From: Haloarculaceae archaeon
Lineage (GTDB): Archaea; Halobacteriota; Halobacteria; Halobacteriales; Haloarculaceae
Length of the DNA stretch: 63,470 nt
Assembly: GCA_042219595.1 (NCBI GenBank)
Contig: JBDGPQ010000073.1
Span: forward strand, 1 to 63,470
Direction of reading: 5' to 3'
A program made the translations under genes and the position numbers. Positions 36,821 through 46,909 of this stretch are shown piece by piece. How positions within the stretch are numbered: the stretch's first letter is position 1; each line of letters begins with the position of its first letter. The notes beneath the pieces were generated by a model. That model was not told the origin of the DNA, searched no databases, and worked only from the letters and a program-made list of their open reading frames with translations.

Positions 36821-38521
36821 TTACTCTTCCTCACGTACGAGTCGGGCTCCCAGCAGGAGGACGGCGAGCAGTCCGATCGCCACGCCAAAGCCGGGACCAT
36901 TGGTCCCAGGGGTGGCCGTCGGCGAGGCAGTCGGGGTCATAACCCCGACAGTTCCGGATGGCGTTGGCGTAGCCGTTTGTGTCATGGTCGGCGTTGGTGT
37001 TGGCGGTGGCGTCGGAGTGGACGTCGGTGTCGGCGTTAGCGTGGGAGTGGAAACTTGCTGAACGCCGATTGCGAAGGTCGAAAAGCCGTTTGGAGCACGA
37101 ATCTTCACGTGGGTCTCATTGACCGAATTGGTAGGTACTGATACCCAGTCAGTGCCGTTGAATCTGGCAGCAATGATCGATTTCGGCGGCACCTCGAATT
37201 CGGAAACATCGAGTGTGAACGAGCCCTCCGTAACGCGGTCCGCGAGATTGCCTTCGATGTCAAGCGTCACATAGCCACGGACGTCCGTATCGACTGGCGG
37301 CATCGGAATGTCGGCCGGAAGGCGCTCACTGGCACGGACGCGCATTCGATTGTCGACATTCGTGCCCATGTCAAAGGTGGCAGAGGCGGTTTTCACCGCA
37401 AATCCACCTGCGGTCGCGCCCGACACCCCAAACGACACTGTTGGATCATCAAGGGTGACCCGGTCGATCAAGGCCTCCGTCCCGTCGGCGGCTGAACTCG
37501 TCCGAACAGTGGTCCGCTTGGGTCCGCTCGAGGTCGATCCGCCGCCCGTCGAGACTTCTCCGATCTCGACCGTGCCCTGCGAATAGTGAATATTCGTCGC
37601 GTTGACGAATATCGAGCCATCCGATAGCTCGGAAATATTCCACTGGACGTTGGTGGCACCGCTTGCGCTCGAGGTGTAGGTGCCATCGAGATCGCTCGCT
37701 GACACGCCCGATCCCCAGCGCGATTCGACGAAGCTCTGGGGAATAACGGCATTATAGAAGCCGCCCGTGTTTTGTTCGCTCGCGGAGCACGTTGCGACCG
37801 GCGCGTTCGCGGCGCTGGCTTTACAGTGTGGCGAGGCGATGTCGATCGAGAGATTGCCCGTCGTACTGTTGTAGCTGGGGAAGTTGTAAACCTGGGCGTC
37901 GGAGTTCAGTCGCGCCCCATCGAGATCGCTCCCGAGCTGGCCTGAGATGTTGACGATCCCCAGTTCAACAGTGGCGCCGGTCGACAGTTCGGAACCGTCC
38001 TGCGACGCTGGCCAGCTGATTTGTGAATTTGGCGGCTTCGGCCCGGCTTCACCGTTATTATAGGCAGTAAAATTGCGTTCGGTTGATGCCGGTTTCAGGC
38101 TAATATTAACCGTCGCATCGCCATTGCTATCCACGTTATACGTCCATGAATCAACGTTTGCCGTGCCCATCAAGAGATCGGGGTTGAAATCGGTGACCGA
38201 GAGGTTTAACCACAGCTCGGTTGTCGTATCCGCGCCCTCACCGGAGATGTCTCGACGTTGGAAGCCCACCTTGCTCGAATCCTCAACGCGAACGAACACG
38301 AAGTTGCCCGGGGCCTGCGATCCGACGGAGACGCCGGACGTATCCAGCGAGGGCCCTCCAGGCCGGTTCTCAAGGCTCGTTGAGGACACGTTTGCGGCTG
38401 CTCCGACACCACTCAATGTCGCCACGCCGGCAACGGCAGACAACAGCACCACTGCCGCGAGAGCGATCGCCCGAAGTTTCGACGGAACCCGCCCACGACC
38501 CGCCGGTTGGGGCTCGCGCAT
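36821..38521 (-). CDS. Secreted surface glycoprotein with PGF-pre-PGF region and PGF-CTERM archaeosortase signal
   Basis: It has an N-terminal signal/TM, many N-x-S/T sequons, a Thr/Pro linker (TPTLTPTPTSTPTPPPTPTPT), then PGFGVAIGLLAVLLLGARLVREEE. Confidence 0.8.
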   Translation of the reverse strand: MREPQPAGRGRVPSKLRAIALAAVVLLSAVAGVATLSGVGAAANVSSTSLENRPGGPSLDTSGVSVGSQAPGNFVFVRVEDSSKVGFQRRDISGEGADTTTELWLNLSVTDFNPDLLMGTANVDSWTYNVDSNGDATVNISLKPASTERNFTAYNNGEAGPKPPNSQISWPASQDGSELSTGATVELGIVNISGQLGSDLDGARLNSDAQVYNFPSYNSTTGNLSIDIASPHCKASAANAPVATCSASEQNTGGFYNAVIPQSFVESRWGSGVSASDLDGTYTSSASGATNVQWNISELSDGSIFVNATNIHYSQGTVEIGEVSTGGGSTSSGPKRTTVRTSSAADGTEALIDRVTLDDPTVSFGVSGATAGGFAVKTASATFDMGTNVDNRMRVRASERLPADIPMPPVDTDVRGYVTLDIEGNLADRVTEGSFTLDVSEFEVPPKSIIAARFNGTDWVSVPTNSVNETHVKIRAPNGFSTFAIGVQQVSTPTLTPTPTSTPTPPPTPTPTMTQTATPTPSGTVGVMTPTASPTATPGTNGPGFGVAIGLLAVLLLGARLVREEE

Positions 38522-38643
38522 GCGTAACAGGTCGACCCTACGTATTTCAATCCCGGTCTGGGCTCAGTATCTGAGTTTAGGGCCGCCGAGGCGTCGAACT
38601 CGCCACCCGCAGGTTTAGGGGTCGGCCCGAAGTCAGTACCCAT

Positions 38644-39771
38644 ATGGCAAGCGCCTCGTCTCAATTGCAGCTTTCAGACCTCACGGTCATCGATGTCGAC
38701 TCTCATATCGATGAGGATGTGGAGGATCTTCTTCCGTATGTGGAGAGTTCCGGCGCTACTCGAACGCTGGAAAGCGCGGATCTTCGTAGAGAAGTGTTCA
38801 CAGATACCCGCCCGACCCCGCCGTTTCCAACGACGGACAGCCTCGTGGACAAGGGTGATCTCGAGAACCCGGACTTAGTCCACGTTCGGGGCGCTGATCC
38901 GGCCGCGAAGCAGGAGTTCATGCAAAGATATGACATCGATTATTCGCTGCTCACGACGGCAATGTTCGGATTTGCGGGGATCAATAACGACGTGGTCGCC
39001 GTTGAACTGGCAAAGGCGTTCAACCGGTGGGTGACGGCGGAATACCTCCCGACGTTCGACATGGATCGGGTCAAGGCGACCCTTCTCGTACCGAATCAGC
39101 GTCCGAATGCTGCAGCGGAGATTATCGACCAATGGGGCGACGAGGAATGCTTTGCGGGCGTCCAATTACCCGCTGCGGGACTTGTCCCACCAGCAGGTCA
39201 TCACTGGTACGATCCGATCTACGAGGCGGCAGAGCGTCACGATCTACCGGTCTGCATGCACAGCGGGAGTGCCACGGGCATGTTTTCGTTTCCGCTCCAG
39301 CAGCGGTGGGCACGAACATTCACGGAATCACATGCGCTGATCTTTCCGATCGAGTCGATGTGGCACTTGAATTCCCTGATATTTCGGGGTGCGCCGGAAC
39401 GGTTCCCGGACCTCAATTGGGTCATCGTCGAGTCTGGCGTAGAGTGGGTCCCTTGGATGACATGGCGGATGGATGATCATTACCTCCAAAACTCACAGGA
39501 CGTCCCGGTGCTCGATCGCCCCCCAAGTTCCTACATAGACGAGCAGTTCTACTTCACGACGATGCCTCTGGGGCATACCGACGCGGCGCATCACCAAGCC
39601 ACGATGATCGACGCCGCCGGTGCCGAATCGTCGATTCTGTTCGCATCAGACCATCCCCATCCCGATCTCGACCTACCGGACGAACTCTTCGGCACGCTGT
39701 CCAGAAACCTCGACGAGGATGCGACGAGGGCAGTCATGGGGGAGAGTGCGGCTGAGCTCTTCGACTTCTAA
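38644..39771 (+). CDS. Amidohydrolase-2 (ACMSD-like) family metal-dependent hydrolase/decarboxylase
   Basis: Motifs are VIDVDSHIDE at the N-terminus, then PVCMHSG and ILFASDHPHPD. Confidence 0.75.
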   Translation: MASASSQLQLSDLTVIDVDSHIDEDVEDLLPYVESSGATRTLESADLRREVFTDTRPTPPFPTTDSLVDKGDLENPDLVHVRGADPAAKQEFMQRYDIDYSLLTTAMFGFAGINNDVVAVELAKAFNRWVTAEYLPTFDMDRVKATLLVPNQRPNAAAEIIDQWGDEECFAGVQLPAAGLVPPAGHHWYDPIYEAAERHDLPVCMHSGSATGMFSFPLQQRWARTFTESHALIFPIESMWHLNSLIFRGAPERFPDLNWVIVESGVEWVPWMTWRMDDHYLQNSQDVPVLDRPPSSYIDEQFYFTTMPLGHTDAAHHQATMIDAAGAESSILFASDHPHPDLDLPDELFGTLSRNLDEDATRAVMGESAAELFDF

Positions 39772-40589
39772 GTGCCGACGACGATCGGTGCCCCGAGGCG
39801 CTCGATCGTCGCGATCGTTGATTGGATGACGAGGTGTGTGGCATCCCCCGGCGTTGGGGTGGTAACGTTCTCCACGGTTGTGCGAACGTGGCCCGCATCG
39901 CCATCTGCCTCAACCGTGTAGATGCTCCGGGGCGCCTCGTGGTCGAGAATGAGTCGCACCTCAACAGCAGTTGGCGGCAGATCGGCCGCGAGGGAGACTG
40001 CGACGGCGATATTCATATGCGCCGGAAATGCGGCGGCAGCCTCCGCTGCAGTGCCATCGAAGATGACTGTTCCCGAATCCATGTCATCCAGCGCATCGGC
40101 ATCATCGACATATGGACCGAGTACCGCCGGCGGACGGCGGCCGACAAGCGAGACCGAATCAAGGTCCGACGTGGCCAAAGCTGCCACACCGTCCAACCCG
40201 GCGACAGCGCCAGATGGGACCCGAATGACCGAGTTGGTCTCCCGAGCAACCGTTCGTACACGCTCGTGTCGCCTCTCATCTCGCAGCGCGCCCACACTGA
40301 GAGCGACGAGATCCGTACCAGACTCAAGCACCGGGACCGCAGCGTCCGCGAACGCAGTCTGGCTCGCGGCCTCCACAACTACATCGGCGCGTCGCGCCAA
40401 TACTCCGGGTCCATCGACGATCTGTACCTCACTGGTAGCGTCGAGCCGGTCGAGGAGTTCCGCAGCGCGATCAGGGGTCCGTGTGTGTATCGCCGAGAGT
40501 GTTGTATGGTCGACGGCACCTTCAAGAATTGCCGTGGCGACTGCACTCCCGATGGTTCCACAGCCAAGTACGCCAACGTGCACGTTCAC
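39768..40589 (-). CDS. Aspartate dehydrogenase-family (NadX-like) oxidoreductase
   Basis: It has the Rossmann motif VGVLGCGTIGSAV and the C-terminal FPAHMNIAVAVSLA region typical of the family. Confidence 0.65.
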   Translation of the reverse strand: MNVHVGVLGCGTIGSAVATAILEGAVDHTTLSAIHTRTPDRAAELLDRLDATSEVQIVDGPGVLARRADVVVEAASQTAFADAAVPVLESGTDLVALSVGALRDERRHERVRTVARETNSVIRVPSGAVAGLDGVAALATSDLDSVSLVGRRPPAVLGPYVDDADALDDMDSGTVIFDGTAAEAAAAFPAHMNIAVAVSLAADLPPTAVEVRLILDHEAPRSIYTVEADGDAGHVRTTVENVTTPTPGDATHLVIQSTIATIERLGAPIVVGT

Positions 40590-41161
40590 ACGTTATCGAG
40601 CGCCCAGCCGACGAATTCCTCCTCACATTCGATGCCGAGTGCATCCACCAGGCGGGCGTTCATAAGCCAGTATCCGGCGAATACTCCGATGGCGGCGATC
40701 GTGCCGGCATCATAGTGATCGGCAAGAGCGGCATGATGCGCGTCATCGATCCGGCCATCGATAAACCGGGCGACGTACTCCAAGAGCGCTTCGTGAGCCG
40801 GTTCGAATGCGCCGTAATTCCGAGCGCCAATGGCCCGGATCTCCTCAGCCGGAACGCCCGCATTGAGAGCGATGCGGACATGATTGTGCCATTCGTATGG
40901 AGACGGGATTTCGCGAGCGCAGCACAGGATCGCATACTCTTGTTCAGCGAGGCTCAGCCCCCCGTCGGATTTGATTCTATCAACCAAGTCGCGATATGTG
41001 CGAAGAATCGTGGGACGGTGACCCAGGAGGCGGTAGCTATTCCGTGCACGATCCTCCATCAGATGTTGATAGGCCGGGTCGAGCTCCTCCGGTGGCGTGG
41101 ATGAGTCAAGAAGCGATGGGTCATCGAGCGTACCACGATCTGCGTAAGGAATGCGCGCCAT
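40586..41161 (-). CDS. Carboxymuconolactone decarboxylase (AhpD-like) family protein
   Basis: The ATG at 41161 gives MARIPYADRG. The core motif is CCAREIPSPYEWHNHVRIAL. Confidence 0.7.
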   Translation of the reverse strand: MARIPYADRGTLDDPSLLDSSTPPEELDPAYQHLMEDRARNSYRLLGHRPTILRTYRDLVDRIKSDGGLSLAEQEYAILCCAREIPSPYEWHNHVRIALNAGVPAEEIRAIGARNYGAFEPAHEALLEYVARFIDGRIDDAHHAALADHYDAGTIAAIGVFAGYWLMNARLVDALGIECEEEFVGWALDNV

Positions 41162-41198
41162 AGCCGCTTGTCCATCGGCATCGGGGTAAAGCGATCGG

Positions 41199-42344
41199 TC
41201 AGAGGTACAAGCCCTCACCACTGTCCGCTTCGGAAAACCTGTTAAGCCCAAAGGCATCCGGTTCAACGACCGGCTTTCCCCGACCGGTAATCAAGGCCGC
41301 AAGGTGTTTGCCAACCGCTGGCGAGTGCATGAATCCATGCCCCGAGAAGCCAGCAGCGATATAGCAGTCCGATCGTGGCTGATCTATGATCGGATTGTGG
41401 TCGGGCGTCCTTGCGTAGAGCCCGGCCCACCCCCCAGTCGGTTTTGAGCCAGGCCCGAAATACATCGAGACGTCGGTGAGCCGCTCAAGAACCGCGATCG
41501 GAAACTCCAGATCGATTCTGCGGCGGTACCGGTCCGGATTCGAGATCGTTTCGCCGTCGTCTTCGAATTTGCCGCTAAGAATCGCCGTTCCGGGACGGTC
41601 CGGCCGAAAGGAGACTTGTGCTTCAGCATGATGAGTATACGGGTGATTCGCTGGAAGATCCCCATCGGGCTCGGCGGTAGCGAGCTGGCGTCTCACTGGC
41701 GAGATCGGCAGATCTATCCCTAACTCATCCGCAAGCTCCGGTGACCAAACGCCAGCAGCAATCACGATATGTTCCGCTTGGATCCATTCGTCCATTGCTT
41801 GAACCCCGTAGCCATCGCCCCGCGGCTCGATACTCTCGGCAGGTGTGTTCGTTCGGATCACAGCTCCTGCAGCCCCCGCGGCGTCCGCAAATCCACGAAC
41901 GGCACCGTGAGGATCAGCGTAGCCATCTAGTGGGCAATACGTACCCGCCACGACATTCGCGTCCGGATCGAGATCGGTGATCTCCTCGACCTCCTCCCGA
42001 TCGAGATATTCGCTGGGAACGCCGTGGTCCTGCTGGATCTTCACGTTCTCGTGAAACTGCGTTGCCCGGTCATCGTCACCAGTGAGAAAGAGGTAGCCAT
42101 TCTGGCGAAAGTCAAGTTCCGCATCGAACTGAGCATCGAAGGATTCCCAAACGTTGAGGCTCGTGAGCGAGAGCTGGATATTGGATGGCGTCGTAAATTG
42201 GGCTCGAATACCACCGTTTGCGCGCTCTGTACTCCCCGAACCGAGCGCATTTCGTTCAAGAAGTGTCACCTCGGTCCCGCGATCGGCAAGGAAGTATGCG
42301 GTCGCTAAACCGACGACACCGCCCCCGATGATCACGACCGTCAC
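41199..42344 (-). CDS. FAD-dependent oxidoreductase (DAO / sarcosine oxidase beta-like)
   Basis: Motifs are VVIIGGGVVGLATAYFLADRG at the N-terminus and GFSGHGFMHSPAVG near the C-terminus. Confidence 0.85.
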   Translation of the reverse strand: MTVVIIGGGVVGLATAYFLADRGTEVTLLERNALGSGSTERANGGIRAQFTTPSNIQLSLTSLNVWESFDAQFDAELDFRQNGYLFLTGDDDRATQFHENVKIQQDHGVPSEYLDREEVEEITDLDPDANVVAGTYCPLDGYADPHGAVRGFADAAGAAGAVIRTNTPAESIEPRGDGYGVQAMDEWIQAEHIVIAAGVWSPELADELGIDLPISPVRRQLATAEPDGDLPANHPYTHHAEAQVSFRPDRPGTAILSGKFEDDGETISNPDRYRRRIDLEFPIAVLERLTDVSMYFGPGSKPTGGWAGLYARTPDHNPIIDQPRSDCYIAAGFSGHGFMHSPAVGKHLAALITGRGKPVVEPDAFGLNRFSEADSGEGLYL

Positions 42345-42561
42345 GGCTGGATTTCGACCGCGAGCCTCATGAATATGACCACCACTGAGTATCGATCAGC
42401 GTATGCGGCAAATACATCTCAACTTGTCCATCTTCGATTTGTCCAATCAATACATGAACTAGGACGCTTTCGCTCGGCTCGCGATCATTCAGTGAGTGTC
42501 CACTCGCAGTTCTGTACGTGTGTTAACCATTGCCTAGGGTTTTACGCGACCGCCCGAACGG

Positions 42562-43308
42562 ATGGATAGAATGCAATCGAAAACGTGTGTCGTGACCGGC
42601 TCGTCGACCGGAATAGGACGAGCGATCGCGGAACGGTTTGGGGAAGCTGGATGCGATGTGGTCGTTAATTACAGAAGCTCCGCGGAGGCAGCTGAGGAAA
42701 CGGTTGATCGCGTCGAGGCGGCGGGCGGCTCTGGGGCAGCGATCCAGGCGGACGTGACCGATATCAAAGCTGTCAAACGAATGCGGGATGAAGCCCACGA
42801 TCGCTTTGGTGCCGTCGATGTGCTTGTCAATAATGCCGGTATCAATCAGGATGTTCGGTTCCGGGAGATGAGTCACGAGGAGTGGGATACGGTTCTTGAC
42901 GTGCACCTTGACGGGGCTTTTCACTGCACGCAGGCCTTCTTCGATGACCTCGCTGAGGCTGATGAGGGTCGGCTAGTCAATATATCAAGCATTATCGGGA
43001 AGGGCGGCAATTTTGGCCAGGCCAATTACGCGACAGCGAAGGCAGGGATCTTTGGATTCACCCGGACGATCGCACTCGAACTCGCTCCGCATGGTTCCAC
43101 AGCGAACTGCATCGCACCTGGCTTCATCGAGACACAGATGGTAACAGAACTGCCAGAGCGGATCAAAAATCAGATCCGTGAGGACACGCCACTTGGTCGC
43201 CTCGGGACGCCCGAAGAGGTCGCGGAAGTTACAGCGTTTATTGCGAGCGGTCGTTCATCATTCATCACCGGTGAGGTTATCGACGCCAATGGTGGCAAGG
43301 ACCTCTAG
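42562..43308 (+). CDS. fabG: Short-chain dehydrogenase, 3-oxoacyl-ACP reductase-like
   Basis: Motifs are VVTGSSTGIGRAIA, NNAG, and YATAKAG (YxxxK). It ends ITGEVIDANGG. Confidence 0.8.
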   Translation: MDRMQSKTCVVTGSSTGIGRAIAERFGEAGCDVVVNYRSSAEAAEETVDRVEAAGGSGAAIQADVTDIKAVKRMRDEAHDRFGAVDVLVNNAGINQDVRFREMSHEEWDTVLDVHLDGAFHCTQAFFDDLAEADEGRLVNISSIIGKGGNFGQANYATAKAGIFGFTRTIALELAPHGSTANCIAPGFIETQMVTELPERIKNQIREDTPLGRLGTPEEVAEVTAFIASGRSSFITGEVIDANGGKDL

Positions 43309-43400
43309 TCCACGAGTCCGTTCTACGGGCATCACGGGCGACAAATTATTATCGTTGTATTGACGAAATCTTCGTCTCGATCCGAGATCCTCCGCCGTTG

Positions 43401-43859
43401 CTAATCGTATATTTCCGTCGCTGACCGCTCGTAGGCCGGCGAGGAGGTGCGGATGACGTTCGCAACAAGTTGAAGCTCCATTCCGAGGAGAACCACCACA
43501 TCGCTGATCGAAATGATTCCCACCAGCGTTCCGTCGTCGACGACAGGAACCCGTCGGGTGGTCTGCTCAGCCATGTGTTCGAGGAGTTCATATACGCCCG
43601 TGTCGGCGGCAACTGGCTCGGCGTCCTCGAGATCGAGTTCCCCGAGCGTTCGCTCAGAGAGTGGCGTGCCCCGGCCGGCTTGCAGCGCAACCAGGCGGTC
43701 AGTCAACAGACCAATCGGCGCACCATCATTGCCGACGACCACCACCGTCGAGACCTCCTGTTCGCGCATAGTATCGATCGCGGCCGCTACGGAATCGTCC
43801 GGTCCGTGGGTCACGACCCGCTGGCGCGCAATATCGAGAACTGTCATGCGTCCATCCAT
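43401..43859 (-). CDS. CBS domain pair protein
   Basis: It has two CBS repeats. I moved the start to the Met at 43859 to avoid a divergent overlap with 43953. Confidence 0.65.
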   Translation of the reverse strand: MDGRMTVLDIARQRVVTHGPDDSVAAAIDTMREQEVSTVVVVGNDGAPIGLLTDRLVALQAGRGTPLSERTLGELDLEDAEPVAADTGVYELLEHMAEQTTRRVPVVDDGTLVGIISISDVVVLLGMELQLVANVIRTSSPAYERSATEIYD

Positions 43860-43952
43860 CGCCGGCGCGCATACAATGATTTCGCCGTGGATCTGACAGG
43901 TTGCTTGATGGACCGAAAGTTTAGTACGCGTCTCGGCGCTGGTTAGGCCACG

Positions 43953-45650
43953 ATGCACGGCCGTCGCCTCGCGACCACAGACCGGATCATCGCCGTTTCA
44001 AGCCCCGACAGCGATGACGCCATCTCGGCGCTCGAGTCGTGGACGGATGACGCCGGCGTGGACCTCGCTGTCGTCGACGTCGGTAGGGACATCGGCGATG
44101 TATACGAGCCGAACCGGGCCACACTCGGCTTGACGGTTGGAGGTGACGGCACATTCCTGGAGGGAATCAGTACCTTTGCACCACGCGGCGTGCCGATCAT
44201 GGGTATCAACACGGGGACACTGTCATTCCTCCCCCGCGTCGAGCCCGAAGACCTCGAGGCCGCCCTCGACGAGGTTCTCAAAGGCCGAGCGACGGTCGAC
44301 AGTCGCCAGATGCTTCACGCTGATGCCCCCGGCGTGGACGCTACCGGAATCAATGACGTGATGGTCCAGCACGTGCCGCCGGAGAATCCGTTTGATCGAA
44401 AAATCACACGGCTCGATGTCTTTCTCGACGACGAGTACGTTGGTGAGTTCGAAGGGACGGGGCTCGCGATCGCGACACCGACCGGGTCGACAGGCATCTC
44501 GCTCTCGGCGAACGGCCCGATTCAATACCCGGCAAACAACCATGCACTCCAGCTTGTGCCACTGCACACGCATATGCTCGGCACCCGGCCGGTGATTCTC
44601 AATGCCGACTCCGAACTGCGGGTCGTCACTCAGGGGACGGCAAGCTTGCTTGTCGACGGTGGCCGCGCGCACACGAACCTCGGTGAGGACGCTTTAATTC
44701 GGGTGACAGGTGCCGAGACGCATGCGCATTTGGTCCGGACGAGCCTTGATGACCACTTCTTCACTGCCGTCGCGGCGAAGCTGGGATGGGGCGTGCGATC
44801 GGCCGCAGATACCGGGCCACGTGAGAAGCTCTCGACGGAAGATCACGGTCCGGAACCGGACTTGATCGAGCGTGCCCGGTCGGTCGCGGAAGAGGCCGCT
44901 GTGAGCGTCGGCGACCCACTGCGCGAACTCCACGGACGGACAGAGTCGATCACCTACAAATCAGATAAATCTGATATAGTTACGGAAGCCGACCATCAGG
45001 CCGACCGAATCATTACGACCGTGATCGGGAACGAATTCCCCGAACATGGCATCTTCTCCGAGGAAAGCGAGCGGGTCCGAAGTGACTCACAGTACACGTG
45101 GTTGATCGATCCGCTCGATGGGACAGGAAACTTCGCGCATGGTAACCCGAACTATGCCGTCTCGATCGCCTTGCTCGAGGCTGAGACACCGGTCATGGGG
45201 GTTGTTTTTGTCCCAGAGACGGGCGAACTATTCAGTGCCCGCGCCGACGGAATAGCGACGGAGAACGATCTCGAGATCAAGACGACGGATCGGACGGATC
45301 TCGCCGAGAGTATGATGTTATCTGGATACGATCCGGATGGGTTGTTCCTCCAACATTTCTATCAGGAGACACGGGGTGTCCGCCGACTCGGGTGTGCCGC
45401 GCTCGGTCTCTGTTATCTCGCCGCGGGGACGGTTGACGCTGTTTGGGAGTACGATACCTACCCGTGGGATGTAGCCGCAGGCGTCTGTATCGCTCGAGCG
45501 GCTGGCGCAACGATCACCGACGAACGCGGCGAGCCTTATGAGGTGACCTTGGACACTGAGGAGCGGACAGCGCTCCTCGGATCGAACGGACCGCTTCATG
45601 AGGAACTGCTTGGGCACCTGGAAAGCGCAGACGCTGAAGTTACGGGCTGA
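43953..45650 (+). CDS. Fusion protein: N-terminal NAD kinase, C-terminal inositol-monophosphatase/NADP-phosphatase-family domain
   Basis: NADK motifs are GGDGTFL and NTGTLSFL. IMPase motifs are WLIDPLDGTGNF and YPWDVAAG. It is one uninterrupted 565-aa frame. Confidence 0.85.
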   Translation: MHGRRLATTDRIIAVSSPDSDDAISALESWTDDAGVDLAVVDVGRDIGDVYEPNRATLGLTVGGDGTFLEGISTFAPRGVPIMGINTGTLSFLPRVEPEDLEAALDEVLKGRATVDSRQMLHADAPGVDATGINDVMVQHVPPENPFDRKITRLDVFLDDEYVGEFEGTGLAIATPTGSTGISLSANGPIQYPANNHALQLVPLHTHMLGTRPVILNADSELRVVTQGTASLLVDGGRAHTNLGEDALIRVTGAETHAHLVRTSLDDHFFTAVAAKLGWGVRSAADTGPREKLSTEDHGPEPDLIERARSVAEEAAVSVGDPLRELHGRTESITYKSDKSDIVTEADHQADRIITTVIGNEFPEHGIFSEESERVRSDSQYTWLIDPLDGTGNFAHGNPNYAVSIALLEAETPVMGVVFVPETGELFSARADGIATENDLEIKTTDRTDLAESMMLSGYDPDGLFLQHFYQETRGVRRLGCAALGLCYLAAGTVDAVWEYDTYPWDVAAGVCIARAAGATITDERGEPYEVTLDTEERTALLGSNGPLHEELLGHLESADAEVTG

Positions 45651-45957
45651 TCATCTCCGGCCCGTCACGATCCGCGTGACGAAGCCCGACCGTATGCCGT
45701 GTGTGACGTGCATGAATCTCGGCCCACCGACGCGCCGCTGCCTCGCCGAGGTGCTCGGAAGACTCCGGACAATGACGACAGTCCGCAATCCAGGGCGAGA
45801 TATCATCAGGGAAATGTCCGGTGTGGCGATGATGGTCGAGTGCGAACTGCTCGACGGCTTGATTTCCTACCCGAAGTTCATCAAGTTCATACGCGAGGTC
45901 CCAGTTCCGGCCGCACCGCTCGCATGAGACCGTCGGAACGTCATCAGGTGGGCTCAC
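45640..45957 (-). CDS. Small Cys/His-rich (zinc-binding) protein
   Basis: The 105-aa ORF has CERCG...CRHCP plus many His residues. It is tightly packed between neighbours. Confidence 0.45.
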   Translation of the reverse strand: MSPPDDVPTVSCERCGRNWDLAYELDELRVGNQAVEQFALDHHRHTGHFPDDISPWIADCRHCPESSEHLGEAAARRWAEIHARHTRHTVGLRHADRDGPEMISP

Positions 45958-46604
45958 ACGGAGACACCTCCTGTCGTCGTGGTGATGATCCGCTCGACGT
46001 TGTCGAGTTCGTCCCTATTGACGGTGTGACCGAGTCCGTCGTAGATCCGTTCAGTGACCTCGGCATCAAGTTGGTCGAGGGCATCACGAGTCTCGTGGAC
46101 ACGCTCGACGGGGATATGGGGATCCCCGTCACCACACCCGAGAAATGCCGGTGTTGCTTCAAGCGAGCCGTCGTATTCGAAATCCGTTCCCTCCGGACCG
46201 ATCAGTCCACCGGAGAGTACCGCCAAGCCACCGTACCGCGTTGCATTCCTGGCCACGAACTCCGCCGCAAGGCAGCCCCCCTGTGAGAACCCCACGAAGA
46301 CAAGTTGTTGACGGCGCAGCCCGGCATTCCTAACCGTCTCGACTTCCCGCTCGAGGAAAGCCAAGGCCGACGACAGCCACGGCTCATTCGATTCGATTGG
46401 GGCAGTGAACCGGTCCGGATACCAGGTATGCCGGGCAGCTTGCGGCGCGCGAAACGCGACGCCATCGACATCAAGCTCCCGTGCCAGCCCAAGCATGCCC
46501 TTCGCGGTGGCACCGCGGCCGTGAGTCAACACGACCGCCGCACGGGCATCTGCGAGAGAGGCGCCCGCGGTCTCGACCGGCTGATCGGCATGGGGGTCGT
46601 CCAT
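45954..46604 (-). CDS. Alpha/beta hydrolase (phospholipase/carboxylesterase family)
   Basis: The nucleophile elbow GFSQGG is present, with a C-terminal GDGDPHIP. I prefer the Met at 46604. Confidence 0.7.
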   Translation of the reverse strand: MDDPHADQPVETAGASLADARAAVVLTHGRGATAKGMLGLARELDVDGVAFRAPQAARHTWYPDRFTAPIESNEPWLSSALAFLEREVETVRNAGLRRQQLVFVGFSQGGCLAAEFVARNATRYGGLAVLSGGLIGPEGTDFEYDGSLEATPAFLGCGDGDPHIPVERVHETRDALDQLDAEVTERIYDGLGHTVNRDELDNVERIITTTTGGVSV

Positions 46605-46909
46605 GAACCGAGAAGCATCGCTGGGGGGAAAAGCCGTCCGTTCAGGGTTCTGGTCGCCCCAGCCGCTCGTGACCCCCGATCGCGTGGCAGTGCGGGCAGG
46701 TGCCCGGACCGGCCGGATCATCCGAGAAGCGCGCGCCACAACCGTGACATCGAAACTCGAATACGGGACTGCGATTGTCGATCGTCGCCACGATGATCCT
46801 TAGAAGACACCCATCTTGAAGCGATCCGGGTCACGGCCGAAATGCCGAAAGGCAGTATCGGAAGTAACCCTGTTCCGTTTATGGGGGTCCAGGCCATAGG
46901 GATGGTGCC

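Noticed and set aside
46605-46909. ORB-like fragments upstream of the short orc paralog (CATCGAAACTCG, GTTCCGTTTATGGGGG)
   Set aside because: They are single, poorly matching fragments that are neither repeated nor inverted, which is insufficient to call.
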